64,000 nt of DNA from an uncultured Bacteroidota bacterium (GCA_963701015.1 OY969556.1:3628424-3692423); one strand, 5' to 3'; positions 37,501 through 47,833 are shown, numbered from the stretch's first letter. Numbers and translations: made by a program. The notes: generated by a model not told the origin, from the letters alone.

Positions 37501-37533
37501 AAAAGCCGTAAATGATATTTTTTTACGGCTTTT
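37501..37533. terminator. Bidirectional intrinsic terminator between convergent genes
   Basis: AAAAGCCGTAAA (37501-37512) pairs with TTTACGGCTTTT (37522-37533), with A/T runs on both sides. Confidence 0.7.
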
Positions 37534-37552
37534 TAAATTTTATATATAAACC

Positions 37553-37972
37553 TTATTTTTTATCAGGAGCGGGTGTGGCTGGTTTTGGTATAACCGTACC
37601 ATTAATTTTCAGAACTTGTACTGAAGGATCTCCATCGGAAGTTACAGTAATTTGTTTTTGAAAACCACCAGGTCTGTTTGCAGGGTTATAGGTAACTTTT
37701 ATTTCGCCCTTTTTACCAGGTAAAATTGGTTCTCTTGGCCAATCAGGTGTAGTACAACCACAGGAGGCCTGAACATTTTTTAAAATTAAAGGATCTGTTC
37801 CTTCATTTGTAAAATCAAAAACAAAAGTGGCGGGACCATCTGCTTCTTTAATCTGGCCAAAATCATGGCTTTCAGTCACAAATACAGCTTTACCTTTCTT
37901 TTGAACGGTCTGGCAGAATAAACTTCCGGCTATAAATGCCAGAATCATAGTTGTTGTAATAAACTTTTTCAT
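37553..37972 (-). CDS. DUF1573 domain-containing secreted protein
   Basis: 139 aa with a signal peptide. HDFGQIKEADGPATFVFDFTNEGTDPLILKNVQASCGCTTPDWPREPILPGKKGEIKVTYN is the characteristic DUF1573 pattern. Confidence 0.8.
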   Translation of the reverse strand: MKKFITTTMILAFIAGSLFCQTVQKKGKAVFVTESHDFGQIKEADGPATFVFDFTNEGTDPLILKNVQASCGCTTPDWPREPILPGKKGEIKVTYNPANRPGGFQKQITVTSDGDPSVQVLKINGTVIPKPATPAPDKK

Positions 37973-38214
37973 ACTATTATTTTAATGATTAGTTATTATA
38001 TAAATTAAAATTCTTAATAATTGTTCAACATTAACATAAGCGAAGTTAAAATATTCAATTAAAACTTCATAGTAATATGTCTAGTTTTAAACTTTTTTAA
38101 GTGATCAAACTTGAATATAATTGAAGCATTAACAAATATTTGCATTGTAATTTTTTGAAAAAAATTGAATAGTACTAAGAATATGATTTTAAAGGCTTTT
38201 TGAAAAATTAAAGT

Positions 38215-38694
38215 TTATTCTTCTAATAATTCTCCAATTACCTCCAGAATAATATCATTTTCAAATCCGCGGCTGGCAGCAAATCTGTAAAGTTTACCTT
38301 TCAATTCATAATTTGAAGCTTTGGGCAAGCTTCGGAGCTTTTTTGAAAGCTCATCATGCAATATTTTTCTGCATTCATCATCCGAAATACTTTCAAGCGC
38401 TTCATGAATAATAACTTCGGGAATATGTTTTTGCTTTAAACCATAGGATATTTTATATTTTCCCCATTTGTTAAACTTAGTGTGGTCATTTACAAATGCA
38501 GATGCATACCTATGTTCATCAATATATTTTTCTTTTACCAAATGATGAATAATATCATCAACTATACTCGTTGGTAAATTGTAATCGTTAAGCTTTTCAC
38601 GGGCATCAGCTATACATCGTTCTTCCCTACTGCAATAGTGGGTTAATAAAGACAATGCTTCATTTTTTGATATTGAATTTTGCCCTTCGGCCAT
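38215..38694 (-). CDS. recX: RecX-family regulatory protein
   Basis: 159 aa, helical-repeat pattern (ALSLLTHYCSREERCIADAREKL..., YIDEHRYASAFVNDHTKFNKWGKYKISYGLKQKHI). Confidence 0.7.
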   Translation of the reverse strand: MAEGQNSISKNEALSLLTHYCSREERCIADAREKLNDYNLPTSIVDDIIHHLVKEKYIDEHRYASAFVNDHTKFNKWGKYKISYGLKQKHIPEVIIHEALESISDDECRKILHDELSKKLRSLPKASNYELKGKLYRFAASRGFENDIILEVIGELLEE

Positions 38695-38766
38695 GGGATT
38701 TGTTCTTTTATTGGAAAAGTCAGAAAAACCGCTACCTATACAAATATAAATATATTTTTTTTTAAT

Positions 38767-39699
38767 TTAGGCCATTTTCCTAATCTTTTCTAATTCCGGG
38801 TTCTCGCCTTTTTTGAACAATTTTATTTGTGCCCTTAACATACGTGTTTTTCCCTGTAAATCTTGCTTAACCTGAATACTCCTGTATCCTTTTAATGTTA
38901 GCATTTCAATAATCTCTTTTTCAAAACGAGGATTTATTTCGAAATACAAAAAACCACCCCATTCAAGTTTTATTCGTGCAAAATCGGCAATTGCCCTATA
39001 AAAAATGAGAGGATCGCTGTCCTCAACAAAAATCGCCTGATGTGGCTCAAATTCCAAAACATTTTTTAGCATGTTTGCACTCTCGCTTTTACAAACGTAT
39101 GGGGGATTGCTTACAATTAAATCATAACAATCTTTAAATTTATCAGATCCTTCAGCATTGTGGCCTTTTAAAATATCATAATGAAAAAAATTAACAATAC
39201 TTTCATTCATATATGAGTTTTCTTCAGCAATTTCAAGTGCTTCGTCAGATATGTCAATACCATCGGTTTGTGAATGCACCATTAGTTTATCTAATGCAAT
39301 AGCAAGGCAACCGGTTCCGGTTCCAATATCAAGAATTTTATTTTCATTAAACTTATGCGTTTTGATAATCCAGTCTGCAAGTTCTTCAGTTTCAGGCCTT
39401 GGAATTAATACTGCAGATGTAACACGCAAACGCAAACTAAGAAATTGTGTTGTTCCGAGGACATATTGAATTGGTTTAAATAGTTTCAATTCCTCAATAA
39501 TTTGCTTAATTTGCATTACAATTTCATCTGAAATCTCCATTTGAGGTTTTAAATGAAAATCAATTGGCCGAATAGTAGTTATTCTGTCAAATATAATTCG
39601 CCTTATGCTTTTATATTCATCTTCGGGATACAATGAACCGATTTGTTCCTGCATGTATTGTAAAACATCGGCTAATTTTAAATTTGTATCGCTCATCAT
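38767..39699 (-). CDS. prmC: Release-factor glutamine N5-methyltransferase
   Basis: 310 aa with SAM motif ILDIGTGTGCLAI and catalytic NPPY (IVSNPPYV). Confidence 0.9.
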   Translation of the reverse strand: MMSDTNLKLADVLQYMQEQIGSLYPEDEYKSIRRIIFDRITTIRPIDFHLKPQMEISDEIVMQIKQIIEELKLFKPIQYVLGTTQFLSLRLRVTSAVLIPRPETEELADWIIKTHKFNENKILDIGTGTGCLAIALDKLMVHSQTDGIDISDEALEIAEENSYMNESIVNFFHYDILKGHNAEGSDKFKDCYDLIVSNPPYVCKSESANMLKNVLEFEPHQAIFVEDSDPLIFYRAIADFARIKLEWGGFLYFEINPRFEKEIIEMLTLKGYRSIQVKQDLQGKTRMLRAQIKLFKKGENPELEKIRKMA

Positions 39700-39733
39700 T
39701 TGAATTTAAAATTTAAACGAAGATATAATAAAA

Positions 39734-40783
39734 ATGGATTCAAAAAATGAGATATATCATCAAAGATGTATTGATTTAGCAAAAAATGGCTTGGGAAGGG
39801 TTGCTCCAAACCCGCTGGTTGGCGCTGTAATTGTAGCAGACAATAAAATTATAGGTGAAGGCTATCATGCAAATTATGGTGGCGCACATGCTGAAGTTGT
39901 TGCTGTAAATTCCGTAAAAGATAAAAACCTGCTCAAAAATTCAACTTTATATGTTAATCTTGAACCCTGTTCTCATTTTGGTAAAACGCCTCCATGCGCT
40001 GATTTAATTATTGAAAATAAAATTCCACATGTTGTAATTGGCCATGCCGATCCATATCCAAAAGTTGCAGGAAGAGGGATTGAAAGAATGAAAAATGCTG
40101 GAATTAATGTTGAAATTGGACTTTTAGAGAAAGAATGTCGTGAATTAAATAAAAGATTTTTAACTTTTCATGAAAAGTTACGACCCTACATAATCTTAAA
40201 ATGGGCTGAAAGTGCCGATGGTTTTATTGATTTCTCACGCAATCCTAAAATTGAACATACGCCTGCTGCAATTACCGATGAAACTACCAGAACATTAGTA
40301 CACAAATGGAGAACTGAAGAACAAGCTATTTTAATAGGCACGAATACTGCTCTGTATGATAACCCAAAACTAAACGCCCGTGAATTTGCGGGTAAAAATC
40401 CTGTTAGAATGGTATTAGACCGTTCACTTTACTTACCAAAGGACCTTCATTTATTTGATAAAACAATAAAAACCGTTGTATTTACCGAAAAGGATGCCGT
40501 AAGCCAAAAAAATATCGAATTTGTTAAAACCAATTTTCATTATATAGTTGACCAGATTTTAAATTATTGTTATTGTAATAGCATTCAATCAATTATAGTT
40601 GAAGGAGGTTCGCAATTGCTTAAAACCTTTATAACAATGGAAATGTGGGACGAAGCTGGAATTTTTAAATCGCAACAATTCCTTGGATCTGGGGTAAAAG
40701 CGCCTGAATTTAATAAAATTTCAAACAAACAGGCTAGTTTAAGCAATTCTACTTTATATTATTATCAGAATAGTTACATATAA
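39734..40783 (+). CDS. ribD: Bifunctional riboflavin biosynthesis deaminase/reductase
   Basis: 349 aa with zinc deaminase motifs HAEVVA and PCSHFGKTPPC, then a reductase half (ILKWAESADGFI...). Confidence 0.9.
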   Translation: MDSKNEIYHQRCIDLAKNGLGRVAPNPLVGAVIVADNKIIGEGYHANYGGAHAEVVAVNSVKDKNLLKNSTLYVNLEPCSHFGKTPPCADLIIENKIPHVVIGHADPYPKVAGRGIERMKNAGINVEIGLLEKECRELNKRFLTFHEKLRPYIILKWAESADGFIDFSRNPKIEHTPAAITDETTRTLVHKWRTEEQAILIGTNTALYDNPKLNAREFAGKNPVRMVLDRSLYLPKDLHLFDKTIKTVVFTEKDAVSQKNIEFVKTNFHYIVDQILNYCYCNSIQSIIVEGGSQLLKTFITMEMWDEAGIFKSQQFLGSGVKAPEFNKISNKQASLSNSTLYYYQNSYI

Positions 40784-40914
40784 AAGTCAATAATAATTAA
40801 CAATTTTTTCGATTTTTATTTATAAAAGTTAAATTTTGTAATTCCTGTTTAAAACTTCTGGTGATTGGTTAATATCCTAAAAGTAATTTATTGGCATCCC
40901 TAATATTAGGTATA

Positions 40915-40922
40915 TATTTTTG
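40915..40922 (+). promoter_or_regulatory. -7 promoter box TATTTTTG upstream of the His-rich small ORF
   Basis: TAnnTTTG match about 79 nt upstream of the ATG at 41001. Confidence 0.35.
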
Positions 40923-41000
40923 CTTGTGAATTAAAACTTTTACTAGTTAAGTTAAGCAGATCATCAATTCGTCAGTTCAAATTTAAAAATTATTGAAACA

Positions 41001-41243
41001 ATGGAAGAAATAAACGAACATCATGATAAAATCCAAAAACATCACGATGAACTTCAAAAACACCACGATTTAATTGAAAGACACCATAAATTACTTGAGC
41101 AGCACCACAAACAGTATGGTTATAAAAATAGTACAATTAAAGAAAGCCATGATAATTTAAAAGATAATCATGAAGATTTAAAAGAAGATCATAAGAATCT
41201 GAAAGATCATCATGAAGAAATTAAAAAGAAAAATGAAAATTAA
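41001..41243 (+). CDS. Small histidine-heptad coiled-coil protein (80 aa)
   Basis: HHDKIQK HHDELQK HHDLIER HHKLLEQ HHKQ ... SHDNLKD NHEDLKE DHKNLKD HHEEIKK: two blocks of four 7-residue repeats, each starting with His pairs. Has its own promoter-like box. Confidence 0.55.
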   Translation: MEEINEHHDKIQKHHDELQKHHDLIERHHKLLEQHHKQYGYKNSTIKESHDNLKDNHEDLKEDHKNLKDHHEEIKKKNEN

Positions 41244-41257
41244 TAAGACAATATGCC

Positions 41258-41312
41258 AATGTGCTAATTTGTCAATGATTCAATATGTCTTTAGCTAATG
41301 TGCCAATTAGTC
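41258..41312 (+). repeat. Word-repeat spacer following the His-rich ORF stop
   Basis: AATGTGCTAATTTGTC|AATGATTCAATATGTC|TTTAGCTAATGTGCC|AATTAGTC. Same core (AATGTGCTAAT) as spacers S1/S2 read in gene sense. Confidence 0.6.
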
Positions 41313-41425
41313 TATTATTCAATAATTCAATTTCATAGGTTAGCAGAAATATTTAATAGTTTCCTTTTGGGGGATATTCATTCAATGTACATTTATAAAT
41401 ATTCTTTTACATTATTTAATAGACA

Positions 41426-41454
41426 CATTTGCACATTGAATCATTAGCGAATTA
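41426..41454 (-). repeat. Word-repeat spacer starting on the purN stop codon
   Basis: Plus strand CATTTGCACATTGAAT|CATTAGCGAATTA, with the final TTA being the purN stop. Collinear with the last two units of S1/S2. Confidence 0.6.
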
Positions 41455-42015
41455 AATAATAATATTTTCAATAACCTTTGGATAGTGTTCATATTCAAGT
41501 TGATGAATTTTGTTTGCCAGGGTTTCAGCAGTATCATTATTTTCAACTTTGCATTTTGCCTGAAGAATAACCTTACCTTTATCATATTCTTCATTTACAT
41601 AATGAATAGTAATTCCTGATTCCTTTTCCTTATTTTCAATTACAGCCTGATGAACATTCATTCCATACATTCCTTTTCCACCAAACTTCGGTAACAAAGC
41701 TGGATGAATATTTAATATTTTATTGTCGTATTTTTTAAGTAAATAATTTGGTACAAGCCACATAAATCCTGCCAAAACAATGTAATCAATATGTTCTTCC
41801 TCCAAAACATTTGCAATTTCATTTGAATTGTAAAATTGTTCGCGGTTAAAATTTATACCTTTAATATTATATTGTTTTGCCCTTTCTAAAACAAAAGCAT
41901 TTTTATTATTACTTAATATTAATTTAACAGGATAAATATTTTTAGCATTAAAATACTCAATAATGGCTTTTGCATTTGTACCTGAACCAGAAGCAAAAAT
42001 TGCTATATTATTCAT
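41452..42015 (-). CDS. purN: Phosphoribosylglycinamide formyltransferase
   Basis: Probable ATG 42015 (MNNIAIFASGSGTNA...). LAGFMWLVP and NIHPALLPKFGG motifs. Confidence 0.9.
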   Translation of the reverse strand: MNNIAIFASGSGTNAKAIIEYFNAKNIYPVKLILSNNKNAFVLERAKQYNIKGINFNREQFYNSNEIANVLEEEHIDYIVLAGFMWLVPNYLLKKYDNKILNIHPALLPKFGGKGMYGMNVHQAVIENKEKESGITIHYVNEEYDKGKVILQAKCKVENNDTAETLANKIHQLEYEHYPKVIENIII

Positions 42016-42217
42016 AATTAAATATATAAGCGTATTGATGGTTAAACAAAAAAATTGCAAACGTAAATAAAATAACAATACGAATACCTCTAAAAATAAA
42101 AAAAAGATTACACTATCAACAATTTTATTAAAATTGTTTGATTAATTTTTTAGAAATACTTTTCTTTGCACGGTTAAATTTGAATCAAAATTTATTAATT
42201 AATTAAATTTTAAAGTT

Positions 42218-42454
42218 ATGTCGGATATTGCCGCAAGAGTAAAAGCTATCATCGTAGACAAATTAGGTGTTGACGAAAATGAAGTTACACCTGAAGCAAG
42301 CTTCACAAATGATTTGGGAGCTGACTCTCTTGACACTGTTGAGCTGATAATGGAATTCGAAAAAGAATTCAACATTGCCATACCAGATGACCAGGCTGAA
42401 AATATTGGTACTGTAGGAGAAGCAATTAAGTTTATCGAAGCTAACGTAAAATAA
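42218..42454 (+). CDS. acpP: Acyl carrier protein
   Basis: 78 aa with phosphopantetheine site [11 protein letters not shown]. Confidence 0.95.
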   Translation: MSDIAARVKAIIVDKLGVDENEVTPEASFTNDLGADSLDTVELIMEFEKEFNIAIPDDQAENIGTVGEAIKFIEANVK

Positions 42455-42473
42455 TCAGTAACGTTTTCATTTC

Positions 42474-43721
42474 ATGGAATTAAAAAGGGTTGTAGTTACT
42501 GGGCTAGGTGCAATAACACCAATTGGTAAAACGGTTGAAGAATATTGGCAAAGTCTTTCAAATGGTCAGGGCGGGGCAGGTTTAATAACCCGTTTTGATG
42601 CCACTAAATTTAAAACCAGGTTTGCCTGCGAAGTAAAGAATTACGATCCGGGAACATATTTTGACAGGAAGGAAGCAAAAAAGCTTGATCCGTATGCACA
42701 ATTTGCTTTGATAGCAGCAGACGAGGCCATGAAAGACAGTGGCCTCGACTTATCTAAAATTAATTGCGACAAAGCAGGTGTTATTATTGCATCAGGAATT
42801 GGGGGTATTGACACTTTTATGCAGGAAGTTAAAGCTTATGTATTGGGTGATGGTACTCCAAAAATTAGCCCTTTCTTCGTTCCAAAAATGATTTGTGATA
42901 TTGCTGCAGGTCATATTTCCATGAAATATGGGTTCAGAGGCCCAAATTATGCAACAGTTTCAGCCTGTGCTTCCTCAACCCATGCATTAGTTGATGCTTT
43001 AACTTACATTCGATTAGGAAAAGCAAATTTATTTGTAGTTGGTGGCTCCGAAGCTGCCATAAATGAAGCTGCTATGGGAGGTTTTAATTCCATGCAAGCT
43101 TTATCTACAAATAATGAAAATTATGCAACTGCCTCACGTCCTTTTGACTTGACCCGTGATGGTTTTGTAATGGGTGAAGGTTCGGGAATTCTTATTTTTG
43201 AAGAACTTGAACATGCATTACAACGTGGTGCTAAAATTTATGCTGAAGTTGCCGGTGGCGGAATGTCAGCAGATGCTTATCATCTTACAGCGCCGCATCC
43301 TGAAGGGCTTGGTGCAATTTTAGTTATGAAAAACACTTTAGAAGATGCCAATCTGAAAGCTGAAGAGGTTGATTATGTAAATGTTCATGGAACTGCAACA
43401 CCACTCGGTGATATTGCCGAAACTAAGGCAATTAAGGTCGTTTTTGGTGAGCATGCTTACAACCTAAATATTAGTTCGACTAAGTCTATGACTGGTCATT
43501 TGCTTGGTGCTACAGGCGCTATTGAATCTATAGCATCAGTGTTGGCTATTAAAAATGGAATTATTCCTCCAACAATTAACCATACTACAATTGATCCTGC
43601 AATTGACCCACGGTTAAATTTAACTTTAAACAAAGCCCAAAAACGGGACATTAAAGTAGCCTTAAGCAATACATTTGGTTTTGGTGGTCACAATTCATCA
43701 ATTATTTTCAAAAAATATTGA
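42474..43721 (+). CDS. fabF: Beta-ketoacyl-ACP synthase II
   Basis: 415 aa with active-site region ATVSACASSTHAL, His motifs NVHGTATPLGD and KSMTGHLLGATG, and C-terminal NTFGFGGHN. Confidence 0.95.
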   Translation: MELKRVVVTGLGAITPIGKTVEEYWQSLSNGQGGAGLITRFDATKFKTRFACEVKNYDPGTYFDRKEAKKLDPYAQFALIAADEAMKDSGLDLSKINCDKAGVIIASGIGGIDTFMQEVKAYVLGDGTPKISPFFVPKMICDIAAGHISMKYGFRGPNYATVSACASSTHALVDALTYIRLGKANLFVVGGSEAAINEAAMGGFNSMQALSTNNENYATASRPFDLTRDGFVMGEGSGILIFEELEHALQRGAKIYAEVAGGGMSADAYHLTAPHPEGLGAILVMKNTLEDANLKAEEVDYVNVHGTATPLGDIAETKAIKVVFGEHAYNLNISSTKSMTGHLLGATGAIESIASVLAIKNGIIPPTINHTTIDPAIDPRLNLTLNKAQKRDIKVALSNTFGFGGHNSSIIFKKY

Positions 43722-44443
43722 TAGGTTTTGGATTCATAAGGTTTCTGTTTACATCAAATAAAAAGTACAACAAAAAACTTATTGAACTTTTAGGATTTTT
43801 TCCTAGGAACAGGAAAATATATGATTTGGCATTTGTACACCGATCTGCTTCTGTAATTTTACCCGATGGTTCCATTGTAAATAATGAAAGGCTTGAATTC
43901 TTAGGTGATGCAGTACTTGACGCAGTAATTGCCGATTATCTTTTCTCAAAATACCCCAACAACGACGAAGGGTTTCTGTCTAAAATGCGTTCGAAAATTG
44001 TTAAACGCAAACATCTTAATACTTTAGCCGATAAAATTGGTATTGAACAATTTATTGTTTCAAATTCCATTAACCAAAATGGTGGAAAATATATTTACGG
44101 GAATGCACTTGAAGCATTAATAGGCGCCATATATATTGATAAAGGTTATGATATTTCCCGTAAATTCATAATTAATAAAATGCTCGAATCAAATATAAAT
44201 TTAAGTGAATTAGAACATAAAGAGACTGATTTCAAAAGCCGGATGATTGAATGGTCGCAAAAAAGCCGTACCGAAATTAGTTTTGAGAATCAGGAAGAAT
44301 ACCCAATAAACGAACATACACCAATTTTTATTTCACGAATTATTGTAGCCGATAAAATTTTAGGGCAAGGGAAAGGATTTTCAAAAAAAGAAGCTGAACA
44401 AAATGCTGCTGAACAAGCATTTAAATCTATTCTGCCTTCTTGA
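43718..44443 (+). CDS. rnc: Ribonuclease III
   Basis: 241 aa, TTG start overlapping the fabF stop. Catalytic signature ERLEFLGDAVLD and a C-terminal dsRBD (GKGFSKKEAEQNAAEQA). Confidence 0.9.
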   Translation: MIGFGFIRFLFTSNKKYNKKLIELLGFFPRNRKIYDLAFVHRSASVILPDGSIVNNERLEFLGDAVLDAVIADYLFSKYPNNDEGFLSKMRSKIVKRKHLNTLADKIGIEQFIVSNSINQNGGKYIYGNALEALIGAIYIDKGYDISRKFIINKMLESNINLSELEHKETDFKSRMIEWSQKSRTEISFENQEEYPINEHTPIFISRIIVADKILGQGKGFSKKEAEQNAAEQAFKSILPS

Positions 44444-44610
44444 ATAAAATACCTTTAACTTCATAGAATATTCAAAAAAGAAAGTAATTTTACATTTCTT
44501 GAAAAAATATTTTTTATATACATAACTATCTTGTAATTAATTTATTACAAACTGTGTTATTGTATTAAGTACGGTTAGATGAGAATTTTGAAATATAATT
44601 TAAAATATCT

Positions 44611-46654
44611 ATGGAAAATAAAATTGTAAACAAAGCGGCAGATAATATTAGAATATTAGCTGCATCAATGGTAGAAAAGGCAAAATCAGGGCATCCGGGC
44701 GGAGCAATGGGTGGTGCTGATTTTATAAATATTTTATATACTGAATTTTTACGTTATGATCCATCAGATATGGCTTGGCATATGCGTGACAGGTTTTTTC
44801 TCGATCCAGGACATATGTCACCAATGCTATATGCGCAACTTACCTTAACCGGAAACTATAATTTAGAAGAACTTAAAAATTTTCGTCAATGGGGTAGCCC
44901 AACACCAGGGCATCCCGAAGTTGATATAAAAAGAGGCATTGAGAATACTTCATGGACCATTAGGTCAAGGACATACAATGGCTGTAGGAGCTGCTATTGC
45001 CGAAAGATTTCTAACAACAAGGTTTGGTGAATGGATGGCCCACAAAACCTATACTTATATATCAGATGGCGGGGTTCAGGAAGAAATTTCACAAGCTGCC
45101 GGACGTATCGCAGGTTTTCTTGGCCTAAGCAATTTAATTATGTTCTACGATTCTAACGACATTCAGCTTTCAACCGAAACAAATGTTGTTACAAGCGAAG
45201 ATACTGCCAAAAAATATGAAGCTTGGGGTTGGCGCGTAACTACTATTGATGGAAATAATGCCGATCAAATTCGTTCAGCACTTAAAAATGCCAATGAAGA
45301 AAAAGAAAAGCCTACTCTTATTATCGGTAAAACAATAATGGGCAAAGGCGCGGTTAAAGATGACGGATCGAATTATGAACGGAAATGTGCAACACATGGA
45401 ATGCCTTTGAGTGAATCTGGTGCATCTTTTGCTAAATCAATAATTAATTTAGGAGGGAATCCTGAAGATCCTTTTGTAATTTTTCCGGAAGTTGCTGAGC
45501 TTTATAAATTAGCCAAAGAAAAGAAAACTAAAATTGCTGCAGAACTAAAAGCTAAACAACAGGAATGGGCTAAAGCAAATCCTGAATTAGCAAAAAAATT
45601 AGATCAATTTTATTCAGGTAAATTCCCTACCTTAAAATTTGAAGAAATTATTCAAAAAGAAGGCATTGCAACACGTGCAGCTTCATCAACCGTTCTTGAG
45701 TTTTTGGCAAAGAATGTTGAAAATTTAATTATTTCATCAGCCGATTTGGCAAACAGTGATAAGACCGATGGCTATTTAAAACACAAAAAAGCTTTTGCTA
45801 AAGGCGATTTTTCAGGAGCATTTTTGCAGGCTGGAGTAAGTGAATTAACTATGGCTGTAATATGTAATGGAATTGCACTACATGGTGGCTTATGGGTTGC
45901 TTGTGGAACGTTTTTTGTATTTTCGGATTATATGAAACCTGCAGTTCGATTGGCTGCATTGATGCAATTACCCGTAAAATACATTTGGACTCATGATGCA
46001 TTTCGTGTAGGAGAAGATGGGCCAACCCATCAACCGGTTGAACAGGAAGCTCAACTTCGTTTAATGGAACACTTGAAAAACCATCATGGTAAAAATAGTG
46101 TACTTGTATTGCGGCCTGCAGATGCAGCTGAAGCCACTGTTGCCTGGAAACTGGCACTTGAAAATAATCAAACCCCCACCGCTTTAATACTTTCTCGTCA
46201 AAACATAAAAGACTTACCTGTAAAAGCAGATTCTACAAGATATGCCGATGCATTACAAGCAACTAAAGGAGCATACATAGTTGTAGATTCTGTTGGAACA
46301 CCTGATGTAGTTTTAGTAGCAAGTGGATCGGAAGTTTCAACATTAATTTCTGGCGCAGAAAAACTTATAGCCGAAAAAGGATTAAAAATTCGTGTAGTAT
46401 CAGTAATTTCTGAAGGACTATTCCGAAACCAACCAGTTGAATACCAAAAATCTGTAATTCCTGATAATTTGCCTATTTTTGGTTTAACTGCAGGTCTACC
46501 AGTTACATTGCTTGGTTTGGTTGGATGCAAAGGTAAAATTTGGGGACTCGATCATTTTGGATATTCAGCTCCGGCAAAAGTTTTAGATGAAAAATTTGGT
46601 TTTACCGGTGAAAACGTATTTAAACAAGTTTCTGAATATTTAGGGCTAAAATAA
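44611..46654 (+). pseudogene. tkt: Transketolase, reading frame broken by an apparent 1-nt insertion near 44953
   Basis: Frame 1 reads ...GHPEVDIKRGIENTS, then nonsense to 45030. Frame 2 resumes at GPLGQGHTMAVGAAIAERF... and runs to 46654. Deleting one base in ACTTCA-T-GGACCA restores GIENTSGPLGQGH. Confidence 0.9.
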
Positions 46655-46677
46655 TTTTAAGACAAATAATAGCAAAT

Positions 46678-46708
46678 AAAGCCAGGAATTGATTATGTTT
46701 CTGGCTTT
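46678..46708. terminator. Hairpin between convergent tkt and glycosyltransferase genes
   Basis: AAAGCCAG (46678-46685) pairs with CTGGCTTT (46701-46708), with T-rich sequence after it. Confidence 0.45.
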
Positions 46709-46714
46709 ATCTTT

Positions 46715-47833
46715 TTATAAGGTTTTTACAAAATCTAAAATTGAAGTTGCAAAATTTCCCCATGAAAGCTCTTCTTTCAGATTTATTATATTTTCTTTAA
46801 AGGAATCTTCTAAACTGCTTGAAAAATATTGATTTATTTTCGAAGCAATTTCATTTGCATTGCAATGATTAACAATTAAACCTGTTTTCATATCTTCGAT
46901 ACTTTCTTTCAAACCTCCAACATCCGTAGCTATTAAAGGCACATTAAAATGATATGCTATTGACGTTATGCCACTTTGTGTAGCTGATTTATAGGGCAAA
47001 ACACAAACATCGGCAGCTGAGAAGAAATAAGGCACACGGTTATCGGCTATATAATCGTTAAAAACATAAATATTGGCTTTGTTCCTGGTGTTTAAAATTT
47101 GTAAAAAATATTTGTCAAAACTTCCATAGGTTTCACCTGCAATTACTAATTGATATGAATCATCCAATTTGTTAAAAGCATCAATTAAAATATCCAATCC
47201 TTTATAATCGCGAATAAACCCAAAAAATAATAATGCTTTCTTATTAGTCGGTAAATTCAATATCTTTCGTGCTTCCGCTTTTTCAAACCTTTTTCCAAAA
47301 TGATTATACAATGGATGTTCTCTTTTAATATAGCGTGCTTTTGGTTTAAGTGAAAGCAGGTCGTTTTGAACAACTTCGCTCATAGCAACAAATCCATTGT
47401 TTTGTCTTAAAAAAAACTTGGTAAATGAGCTATCGAAAAATCGTTTTTCATGCGGAATAACATTATCTAAAATGGTAATAATTTTCGTTTTTTTGGGAAT
47501 CAACATCGCAACTGTTCCTAAGGATGGGCCAAAGTAGGACATCCAAAATTTCATAATTAAAATATCCGGATCAAATTTTTGAATTGATTTAGCTGTTTTA
47601 TACCATGAAAATGGATTTAATGTATCAAGAATTTCTAATGCGGGAACTGCATCTGCAGTTTCATCATCGGTTACCATTTGGGTTTTCCCCGGAAATAAAA
47701 ATTCAGGATATTGTCGTGTAAAGGTAAATGCTTTTATTTCATGTTCTTTTTCAAATTCCCTGAAAAGAGAAGCATTAAATTGTGCAATTCCTCCGCGATA
47801 GGGATAAAAAGTTGAAAGGTAAGCAATACGCAT
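46715..47833 (-). CDS. Glycosyltransferase, GT4-like (GT-B fold)
   Basis: Probable ATG 47833 (MRIAYLSTFYPYRGGIAQF...). C-terminal sugar-donor region (ADVCVLPYKSATQSGITSIAYHFNVPLIATDVGGLKESIEDMKTGLIV). Confidence 0.75.
   Translation of the reverse strand: MRIAYLSTFYPYRGGIAQFNASLFREFEKEHEIKAFTFTRQYPEFLFPGKTQMVTDDETADAVPALEILDTLNPFSWYKTAKSIQKFDPDILIMKFWMSYFGPSLGTVAMLIPKKTKIITILDNVIPHEKRFFDSSFTKFFLRQNNGFVAMSEVVQNDLLSLKPKARYIKREHPLYNHFGKRFEKAEARKILNLPTNKKALLFFGFIRDYKGLDILIDAFNKLDDSYQLVIAGETYGSFDKYFLQILNTRNKANIYVFNDYIADNRVPYFFSAADVCVLPYKSATQSGITSIAYHFNVPLIATDVGGLKESIEDMKTGLIVNHCNANEIASKINQYFSSSLEDSFKENIINLKEELSWGNFATSILDFVKTL

Noticed and set aside
39700-39733. FMN riboswitch upstream of ribD
   Set aside because: The intergenic space is only 34 nt, far too short for an FMN aptamer.
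44611-46654. The two tkt ORFs as a naturally split (two-subunit) transketolase
   Set aside because: Natural splits fall between the PP and Pyr domains (around residue 270-280), with separate starts. Here the break is at about residue 113 inside the GPLGQG motif, the ORFs overlap out of frame, and one base restores the frame.
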